The translations under genes and the position numbers were made by a program. The notes below the pieces were generated by a model. The model was not told the origin of the DNA, did no database searches, and saw only the letters and a list, made by a program, of their open reading frames with translations. Positions 21,888 to 28,620 of a DNA stretch of 33,580 bases are shown piece after piece. Origin of the DNA: an uncultured Clostridia bacterium. Lineage in GTDB: Bacteria; Bacillota; Clostridia; Oscillospirales; Acutalibacteraceae. The stretch is from NCBI GenBank assembly GCA_947629295.1, contig CANRDH010000001.1, forward strand, positions 1 through 33,580, written 5' to 3'. How positions within the stretch are numbered: the first letter of the stretch is position 1; every line of letters starts with the position of its first letter.

Positions 21888-24329
21888 ATGCAATGTAAAC
21901 AATGCGGCAGCGAGTGGAAAACAAATGCGCGCAATGCCGGCATGACAAGCTGTCCGTTCTGCGGAGCTAAGCTTGAGCAGGAGGAAGAAAACAAGATTGT
22001 TTTCCAGAATGCCAAGGAGGCTTTAAGATACATAGTAAAAAGCTATGGTGTAGATGTAATACTCGATGGACAACAGCTTAAAACAGTTCTTGCGGAGCTG
22101 ATTCCCGATCTGAAGCAGGAGCGAAAGCTTTTTATGGATGCTTTTGAGGCGGGAGTGTGCAACGCACTCTACCTTGCACACGCACAGGCAGAGATCGATA
22201 AGTGCATAGCTATACTGCAATCAATAAAGGTGCTTACGCAGGAAGCGTGTATAGCTGAAAAATGGGCGTGCTATGTGGTGGAAACCTATGTTTATGCCCT
22301 TAATTGGAATGTTCCGATGTTTGGAATCACGCCTAATATCCATATGTATCAGATACCCGAAAGCATTGATGAGTCGGGTGAGGGAGGAAAGGACCCCAGA
22401 CTTCTTCAATCAGGAGATTATTATGTGGATCAGAGCGCTTCCGATGATGAAATGTGGAATAAGGCTTCCGAAAACGGCGGTAATGATTTCGTAGCTCCCG
22501 AGCAAAACGAGCAGCAGGAGATACCTGAACAGGATACGGGCGATAAGGCGGAGAAGGAAGAACAGCCTGCCGAAGAGGAGAAAATTGAATCTCCGGTATT
22601 CGATTTTACAGAGGAAACCGAACAGCCTGAACAGCAGGAAGCTCAGCAGCCTGAAATTAATGAAACTGCTGAGGAGGCTCAGGAGACGGAATCCGCAGCT
22701 GTGGATGAAGAGCCTGAACCGCAATCACCTGTATATGATTTTACCGAACAGACTCAGGAACCTGCCGAAGAGGAAAAAATTGAATCTCCGGTATACGATT
22801 TTTCAGAGGAAGCTGAACAGCCCGAACAGGATGAGGCTCAGCAAACAGAAGAAGAAATTAAGCCCCCTGTATACGATTTTACAGAGGAGGCTCAGCAGCC
22901 CGAACAGACTGCCGAGAAGGAGGAACCCGCCGAAGCTCCCAAGCAGCCTGAACAGCCTGCTCATAATACTTCAGATGCGGCAGTTCAACAGAATATGAAT
23001 CCGAATCAGCAGATGCCGTGGGGATATAATCCGTGGATGGCACAGGGTCAGCAGATGCCGGGACAGCAGATGCCGTGGGGATATAATCCGTGGATGGCAC
23101 AGGGTAAGCAAATGCCCGGACAGCCCGGGGAACAGCAGATGCCGTGGGGATATAATCCGTGGATGGCGCCGAATCAGCAGATGCCCGGACAGTCCGGAGA
23201 ACAGCAGATGCCATGGGGATATAATCCGTGGATGGCGCCGAATCAGCAGATGCCGGGACAGCAAATGCCGAATCAACAGGCACAGGGACAGCAAGCGCCT
23301 GTTCAGCCGCAGCAGATGCCTCAGCAGCCGGCGGCCCCCGAACAGCCTGTACCTCAGCCGCAGCCGGCCGAACAGACGGCAATACCATCCAATGAGCCTA
23401 TTCCTGACGCTGCTCCTGCGCAGATCCCGTCAAATGCTCCGATTCCGGACGGCAAACCGGAGATCCCCGCAGCAGAGGAGAGTGCAAAAACGGAAATTCC
23501 TGCCGGTATAAAGGTATTTACAAGCAATGACGCAACCAGATTCAGGGGTGCCGGTCATGCACAGATTCAGGAGGGATATCAGGTTATAGAGGATTGTGCT
23601 TTCTCGGGATATGACACGATTGAATCGATAGAATTGCCTTCAACGATTGTCAGCATTGGTGAAAGGGCTTTTGAGAATTGTAAAAAGCTTATAAACGTCA
23701 ATATTCCCGAAGGCGTTACTGAAATAGGCAGGGGAGCGTTCACAGGATGCTCAAATCTCCCGAAGATAGAGCTGCCGTCAACATTGAGCAGAATAAGACA
23801 GAGCACATTCAGTGGCTGTCAGGCACTTAAGGAGATAAAGCTCCCGTCAGGTTTAAAGGGCCTTGGTAAGCAGGTGTTTCTTAACTGTGAATCACTTTTG
23901 GAGGTAGTAATTCCGGACGGCGTTGAAGAGCTTTCAGAAAACCTGTTCAGCGGATGCCATAGTCTTGTTAAGGTGGTTGTACCGGAAAGTGTTCACGACA
24001 TAAGAAAGAATGTATTCAGTTGGTGTGAGGCACTTAAGACTGTGAATATTCCCGAGGCTGTTAAGGTTATCGGCGCAGGCGCATTTACGGGATGCTCGTC
24101 GCTTAAGACTGTCAATATTCCTAAGAATCTTGAGGTTATTGAATACGGTGCATTCAGCAACTGCAGCTCACTTAAGAGTCTTGTACTTCCGGATTCGATT
24201 ACAACGATTGAAAATAATGCGTTCAACGGCTCCAACAGAACTCTCAGGGTTACCTGTTCAAAGAATAATTCCTATATTAAGCGTTATTGCAGAATGAATC
24301 GTGTAAAGCTTGAAAGCACTGAACAGTAA
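21888..24329 (+). CDS. Zn-ribbon / helical domain / acidic and Q-P-W-rich tandem repeats / BspA-type leucine-rich-repeat protein; no signal peptide or TM detected
   Basis: N-terminal CxxC...CxxC (MQCKQCG...SCPFCG). A ~130-aa helical region follows. Then four SPV[YF]DF[TS]E motifs in an acidic tract and four QQMPWGYNPWMA repeats. The C-terminal ~270 aa hold BspA-like LRR units (IELPSTIVSIGERAFENCKKL, VNIPEGVTEIGRGAFTGCSNL, and others). Confidence 0.85.
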   Translation: MQCKQCGSEWKTNARNAGMTSCPFCGAKLEQEEENKIVFQNAKEALRYIVKSYGVDVILDGQQLKTVLAELIPDLKQERKLFMDAFEAGVCNALYLAHAQAEIDKCIAILQSIKVLTQEACIAEKWACYVVETYVYALNWNVPMFGITPNIHMYQIPESIDESGEGGKDPRLLQSGDYYVDQSASDDEMWNKASENGGNDFVAPEQNEQQEIPEQDTGDKAEKEEQPAEEEKIESPVFDFTEETEQPEQQEAQQPEINETAEEAQETESAAVDEEPEPQSPVYDFTEQTQEPAEEEKIESPVYDFSEEAEQPEQDEAQQTEEEIKPPVYDFTEEAQQPEQTAEKEEPAEAPKQPEQPAHNTSDAAVQQNMNPNQQMPWGYNPWMAQGQQMPGQQMPWGYNPWMAQGKQMPGQPGEQQMPWGYNPWMAPNQQMPGQSGEQQMPWGYNPWMAPNQQMPGQQMPNQQAQGQQAPVQPQQMPQQPAAPEQPVPQPQPAEQTAIPSNEPIPDAAPAQIPSNAPIPDGKPEIPAAEESAKTEIPAGIKVFTSNDATRFRGAGHAQIQEGYQVIEDCAFSGYDTIESIELPSTIVSIGERAFENCKKLINVNIPEGVTEIGRGAFTGCSNLPKIELPSTLSRIRQSTFSGCQALKEIKLPSGLKGLGKQVFLNCESLLEVVIPDGVEELSENLFSGCHSLVKVVVPESVHDIRKNVFSWCEALKTVNIPEAVKVIGAGAFTGCSSLKTVNIPKNLEVIEYGAFSNCSSLKSLVLPDSITTIENNAFNGSNRTLRVTCSKNNSYIKRYCRMNRVKLESTEQ
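22566..22920 (+). repeat. In-frame imperfect duplication (~195-nt period) encoding acidic SPV[YF]DF[TS]E-containing units
   Basis: CCTGCCGAAGAGGAgAAAATTGAATCTCCGGTATtCGATTTT at 22566 recurs at 22761 with two mismatches. Related CCTGTATA[TC]GATTTTAC cores occur at about 22728 and 22866. Confidence 0.8.
23007..23275 (+). repeat. In-frame tandem repeat (57/69/69-nt spacing) encoding four QQMPWGYNPWMA(Q/P)(G/N)(Q/K)QMPGQ units
   Basis: The 35-nt core CAGCAGATGCCGTGGGGATATAATCCGTGGATGGC starts at 23007, 23064 and 23133. A fourth copy at 23202 has one substitution. Confidence 0.9.
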
Positions 24330-24345
24330 ACTAAAATAATGTCGG

Positions 24346-24370
24346 GCGGCAGGAATTCTCCTGCCGCTTT
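24346..24370 (+). terminator. Rho-independent terminator after the LRR gene
   Basis: Stem GCGGCAGGA / TCCTGCCGC (24346-24367) with a 4-nt loop, followed by TTTGCGTTTC. Confidence 0.65.
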
Positions 24371-24402
24371 GCGTTTCAGAAGATAATAAGGAGATGAAGA
24401 TC

Positions 24403-24687
24403 ATGAGATATTTTTCGGATAAAAAGCTTGATGAAATGAGAGACAGAGCAAGAAAAGAGTTTGGCGGCGAGGACGAAAATATTTATCTTGCATACATAGA
24501 TAAAATAGAAAGGCTTGACAAAAGGAACGACGAATACGGTGACGCTCGGGAAGAATTGCTTCTTGCAATAGCTGAACTTGAAAGGGTGACCGAGGGATAT
24601 GTACACAGGGGAAGGGCGGATCCCAATGACGAGGATAATGACGCATTTGAATATGAGAATTATAATTTCGACGGGTTATCTGATTAA
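24403..24687 (+). CDS. Hypothetical small acidic protein (94 aa)
   Basis: AAGGAG at 24388-24393 with ATG 24403 at good spacing; ATG 24394 abuts the RBS. Helical and Asp/Glu-rich, with no recognised family. Followed by the hairpin ACATACTCCC/GGGAGTATGT at 24691-24720. Confidence 0.5.
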   Translation: MRYFSDKKLDEMRDRARKEFGGEDENIYLAYIDKIERLDKRNDEYGDAREELLLAIAELERVTEGYVHRGRADPNDEDNDAFEYENYNFDGLSD

Positions 24688-24914
24688 TTGACATACTCCC
24701 CCACCCGTGAGGGAGTATGTATCGGTTTAACTATAGATATATTGCATAATAAACAAGCTATTTATTATTAAAATAATGTTAAAATTATCTAATATTATAG
24801 TATTTTTTATCAATTTATTAATTATATAACAAAAGGTTAGATGAATTTGTTGCGCTTTTTCGACAAATAATTTTATCGATGTAAAAAAAATTTTTAAAAA
24901 TTTTACAAAAACTA

Positions 24915-24943
24915 TTGATAATTTTTATAAATGATGTTATTAT
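24915..24943 (+). promoter_or_regulatory. Sigma-A-like promoter for the ABC transporter operon
   Basis: TTGATA (24915-24920), 17-nt spacer, TATTAT (24938-24943), within a ~300-nt very AT-rich region. An 8-bp inverted repeat ACCGTTGA/TCAACGGT (24958-24994) lies just downstream and is a possible operator or leader hairpin. Confidence 0.45.
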
Positions 24944-25036
24944 TGATATGGAATTTTACCGTTGAGTACGGAATATGTTACTTAGTTCAACGGTATTACT
25001 TCTTAATATTTTTATTCTAAAAAGGAGCGAAAAACC

Positions 25037-26395
25037 ATGAAATTGAAGAGAGTATTAGCATTAGCTATGGCTGCTGCTATGGCAGGATGTTTCTTCGCAG
25101 GCTGTAATGATGACAGCGGGAACGGGGGTTCCTCAAACGGCGGAGCAGGCAGCACAGGCAGCACAGGCAGCGGAGGCGGAGCAAGCGGCTCTGTTTATTG
25201 GCTTAACTTTAAGCCTGAGTCAGATGGAGTGCTTCAGGAAGTTGCTAAAATGTATACGGATGAGACCGGTGTTCCGGTAAAGGTTGTAACAGCTGCATCC
25301 GGAACCTATGAGCAGACACTTTCGGCCGAGATGGATAAGTCGGATGCTCCGACGCTGTTCGTTATCGGTAACGAGGCAGGCGTAAAGAAGTGGGGCAGCT
25401 ACGCTATGGATCTTAAGGACACCAAGATTGCCGGTGAGCTTAACACCGACGCGTATAACCACTATGATGCTGACGGAAAGCTTGTATCAATAGGTTATTG
25501 CTATGAGAGCTACGGCATTATAGTAAACCCGGATCTCGTAGAGCAGGCAGGTCATAAGGTTGAAGATATTAAGGATTTTGCAAGCCTTAAGACTGTTGTT
25601 GAGGATATACACAACCGTGCAGGCGAGCTTGGCTTCGACGCATTCACCGCATGCGATATGGACGACAGCTCATCATGGCGTTTCACAGGTCATATGGCAA
25701 ACCTTGAGTACTATTATGAGGAGCAGAAGGCAGGCAAAACATGGACAGAGTGTCCGGCTACCATCACAGGCGATTATTTGCCGAACTTCAAGAATCTGTT
25801 TGATCTCTGCATAAATAACAGCATTACGGATCCTAAGGAGCTTGCAACAGGCGGACATGATCCGGATACTCAGTTCAAAGAGGGCAAGGCAGCATTTACG
25901 GTACAAGGCTCATGGACATATGCAGGCGATACCAATTATTCCGGCTCAGTTCCGAATGCCAAGATGATTCCTTACTACTGCGGAGTTGAAGGCGAAGATA
26001 AAGCAGGTCTTAACTGCGGTACAGAAAACTGCTGGGCAGTAAATGCAAATGCTTCCGAAGAGGATCGTAATGCAACAATAGAGTTCATGTATTGGTGTGT
26101 AACAAACGAAGAAGCTTCCAAGAAACTCGTTGAATCATTCGGCGTTATGCCTTATAAGAGCGCTGCCGAGTCCACAAACGGATTCCTTAAGGATGCGGAA
26201 ACTCTTACATCTAACGGTAACTATGTAATGGATTGGGCTACAAACTTCCAGCCGAACGTAGATGAGTATCGTAAAGCTTTGGTTTCTGCTCTTAACACAT
26301 ATTGTGCTGACCAGACGGACGCTAACTGGGATCAGGTTAAATCAGCGTTCGTTGACGGTTGGGCAACACAGTATAATGCAGCTAATGCAGGTTAA
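25037..26395 (+). CDS. Carbohydrate ABC transporter substrate-binding lipoprotein (family 1 SBP)
   Basis: Signal peptide with lipobox FFAGC, a Gly/Ser-rich tether (GNGGSSNGGAGSTGSTGSGGGASGS), then an SBP_bac_1-like body of typical size. Confidence 0.85.
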   Translation: MKLKRVLALAMAAAMAGCFFAGCNDDSGNGGSSNGGAGSTGSTGSGGGASGSVYWLNFKPESDGVLQEVAKMYTDETGVPVKVVTAASGTYEQTLSAEMDKSDAPTLFVIGNEAGVKKWGSYAMDLKDTKIAGELNTDAYNHYDADGKLVSIGYCYESYGIIVNPDLVEQAGHKVEDIKDFASLKTVVEDIHNRAGELGFDAFTACDMDDSSSWRFTGHMANLEYYYEEQKAGKTWTECPATITGDYLPNFKNLFDLCINNSITDPKELATGGHDPDTQFKEGKAAFTVQGSWTYAGDTNYSGSVPNAKMIPYYCGVEGEDKAGLNCGTENCWAVNANASEEDRNATIEFMYWCVTNEEASKKLVESFGVMPYKSAAESTNGFLKDAETLTSNGNYVMDWATNFQPNVDEYRKALVSALNTYCADQTDANWDQVKSAFVDGWATQYNAANAG

Positions 26396-26441
26396 TTCAA
26401 CTGCTGAAGTTTGCTGAAGTAATTTTAGCCTGATGCAAAGC

Positions 26442-26469
26442 GGCGGGCGTAATCGCCCGCCCCTTTTTA
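26442..26469 (+). terminator. Intercistronic hairpin/attenuator between the SBP and permease genes
   Basis: 8-bp GC stem GGCGGGCG / CGCCCGCC with loop TAAT, followed by CCTTTTTAT. Confidence 0.7.
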
Positions 26470-26492
26470 TCTGTATTAAGGAGATGATTTTT

Positions 26493-27476
26493 TTGACTAA
26501 TGATGAACTCGCAACAAAGAATGAGCCGTTGCAAAATGAAGAAGTGCATGAATCTCCTTTGGCGAAGTTAAGTCGTTTTTATTGGGGAAAGAACAGGAAG
26601 AGTCCTTTGACAAGGCCCTTGAGAAAGTGGTTTATTCTGTTTTTGGGTCCCGTTACAGCAGCTTTTATAATCGGTTTTGTATGGCCCTTTTTGCAGGGTA
26701 TATATCTGTCCCTTTGTAATTTTCAGCTTATAAAGGACGCTAAATTTGTAGGCTTCGGAAACTACATAAAGGCGTTCACAGACGCAAGCTTTATGCGTTC
26801 GTTCTGGTATACAGCCTTGTTTGCAATCGTAAGCCTGCTGCTCATAAATATTCTTGCTTTTGCGGTAGCATACGCTCTGACATTGGGAATTAAGGGAAGC
26901 AATCTTTTCAGAACGGTGTTCTTTATGCCTAACCTTATAGGCGGTATCGTTCTCGGTTATATTTGGTCAATGATTTTTGACGGTGTGCTTTCCGCTTTCG
27001 GAACATCTATTGTTCAGAACAGTACATGGGGTTTCTGGGGCTTGATAATCCTTATGTGCTGGCAGCAAATCGGATATATGATGATTATTTATATTGCCGG
27101 ACTCAATGCTATCCCCGAAGATATGCTCGAGGCTGCTAAGATTGACGGAGCTAACAAATGGCAGACACTTTGGAGGGTTACCATTCCCAACCTTATGCCT
27201 TCAATAACAATCTGCACATTCCTGTCTCTGACAAACGGCTTTAAGCTCTTCGACCAGAACCTTGCACTTACATCCGGTCAGCCTATCGTTATGCAGGACG
27301 GTGTTCCAATCAAACAGACAGAAATGCTTGCTTTGAATATTTATAACACGTTCTATAGTTCAAATAACTCTGCACGTGGTACGGCACAGGCAAAGGCTGT
27401 TATATTCTTTATCCTTGTTGCTGCAATAGGTCTTGCACAGCTTGCGTATACAAGAAAGAAGGAGGTGCAGCAGTGA
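26493..27476 (+). CDS. Carbohydrate ABC transporter permease (MalF/LacF-like)
   Basis: Six-TM profile and EAA loop LEAAKIDGANKWQTLWRVTIPNL. The track ORF (from 26433) runs through the upstream terminator. AAGGAG at 26478-26483 favours TTG 26493; ATG 26484 abuts the RBS. Confidence 0.85.
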   Translation: MTNDELATKNEPLQNEEVHESPLAKLSRFYWGKNRKSPLTRPLRKWFILFLGPVTAAFIIGFVWPFLQGIYLSLCNFQLIKDAKFVGFGNYIKAFTDASFMRSFWYTALFAIVSLLLINILAFAVAYALTLGIKGSNLFRTVFFMPNLIGGIVLGYIWSMIFDGVLSAFGTSIVQNSTWGFWGLIILMCWQQIGYMMIIYIAGLNAIPEDMLEAAKIDGANKWQTLWRVTIPNLMPSITICTFLSLTNGFKLFDQNLALTSGQPIVMQDGVPIKQTEMLALNIYNTFYSSNNSARGTAQAKAVIFFILVAAIGLAQLAYTRKKEVQQ

Positions 27477-27477
27477 T

Positions 27478-28386
27478 ATGAAATTAAAAAAAGGTTCCGA
27501 TGCCGCTGTTAATCCCCATGAAGATATGCTTAAGGGTTCAAAGCTCTCAAATGAGAAGAAACAGCGAAAGGCTTTAACTATTGTTCTTGCAGTTATTTGT
27601 ATAGTTTATGTTTTTCCTGTTTTGGCAGTTGTTGTAAACTCCTTTAAAACCAACACTGCTGTTAAGACAAATACCTTTGAATTGCCTTTCGGTGAAATGT
27701 GGGCAGGATTCGATAACTTTATAAAGGGTATGACCTTCGGTAACTACCCGTTTATAGAAAGTGTTAAGAACAGTCTTATTATTACTTTGATATCAACTGC
27801 TCTTATAGTAATTTGCACATCAATGGCAGCTTGGTATGTAGCTCGTGTAAATTCGTTGTTCTGCAAGGTGATTTATTACCTTTGCGTATTCTCAATGGTA
27901 GTACCCTTCCAGATGGTTATGTTCACACTTTCAAAAACAGCAGACAACCTTAATCTCAACACACCATGGACCATACCGATAATATATCTTGGTTTCGGTG
28001 CCGGTCTTGCAATCTTTATGTTCGTTGGCTTTGTAAAATCGATACCGATTGAAATTGAGGAAGCTGCTGCTATTGACGGATGCGGACCTATCAGAACATA
28101 TTTTATGATTGTATTCCCTATGCTTCGTCCCACCATGATTTCTGTTGCAATTCTTGAAATTATGTGGATATGGAATGACTATCTCCTTCCGTATCTTGTA
28201 TTGGATATAAACGAATACAGAACTATTCCGATTCATATCCAGTATCTCAAAGGAAGCTACGGTACCGTTGACCTCGGTGCAACAATGGCAATCATACTTA
28301 TGAGTATCATACCTGTAATAGTATTCTATCTCATATGCCAGAAGTATATTATCAAAGGTGTTGCTGCAGGTGCGGTAAAGGGTTAA
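27478..28386 (+). CDS. Carbohydrate ABC transporter permease (MalG/LacG-like)
   Basis: AAGGAGG at 27459-27465 then ATG 27478, 2 nt after the upstream stop. EAA loop EEAAAIDGCGPIRTYFMIVFPMLRP. Confidence 0.85.
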   Translation: MKLKKGSDAAVNPHEDMLKGSKLSNEKKQRKALTIVLAVICIVYVFPVLAVVVNSFKTNTAVKTNTFELPFGEMWAGFDNFIKGMTFGNYPFIESVKNSLIITLISTALIVICTSMAAWYVARVNSLFCKVIYYLCVFSMVVPFQMVMFTLSKTADNLNLNTPWTIPIIYLGFGAGLAIFMFVGFVKSIPIEIEEAAAIDGCGPIRTYFMIVFPMLRPTMISVAILEIMWIWNDYLLPYLVLDINEYRTIPIHIQYLKGSYGTVDLGATMAIILMSIIPVIVFYLICQKYIIKGVAAGAVKG

Positions 28387-28420
28387 TAACATACTTAAAA
28401 ATTGACAAATTTTTCTCAGA

Positions 28421-28459
28421 ACCGACATGACGGATCAGGCCCGTTGTGTCGGTTTTTTT
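28421..28459 (+). terminator. Rho-independent terminator after the ABC operon
   Basis: Stem ACCGACA / TGTCGGT (28421-28453) followed by a run of T. Confidence 0.65.
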
Positions 28460-28528
28460 GCGTTATTTGAGGAATTATGCAGAATAATAAATAAAATATC
28501 AGTAAATTATCTGTTTTTATCCGCATTA

Positions 28529-28557
28529 TTGACAAATATTACTGCAAGTAGTAAAAT
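28529..28557 (+). promoter_or_regulatory. Consensus-like sigma-A promoter for the Ter-type operon
   Basis: TTGACA (28529-28534), 17-nt spacer, TAAAAT (28552-28557), about 65 nt upstream of the first ORF. Confidence 0.5.
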
Positions 28558-28620
28558 GTAACTGTTAAGGTATATTTTGGATAACGGTGCATTTTCTTAA
28601 TGTAAACGGAAAAATTATTT

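Noticed and set aside
23007-23275. Possible CRISPR array suggested by regularly spaced near-identical repeats
   Set aside because: The repeats are in-frame coding sequence of a long ORF. The intervening sequences are also related to each other and are only 22-34 nt. No leader or cas genes are present.
22879-23388. Minus-strand ORFs (169 aa and 107 aa) and the +2-frame ORF 22585-22998 inside the repeat region of the LRR gene
   Set aside because: These are open only because the tandem repeats lack stop codons in several frames. The frame continuous with the Zn-ribbon and LRR domains is the real one.
26433-26492. Track start (ATG 26433) for the first permease
   Set aside because: That extension reads through the GC hairpin and T-run terminator at 26442-26469 and encodes no hydrophobic segment. 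The AAGGAG at 26478-26483 supports a start at 26484 or 26493.
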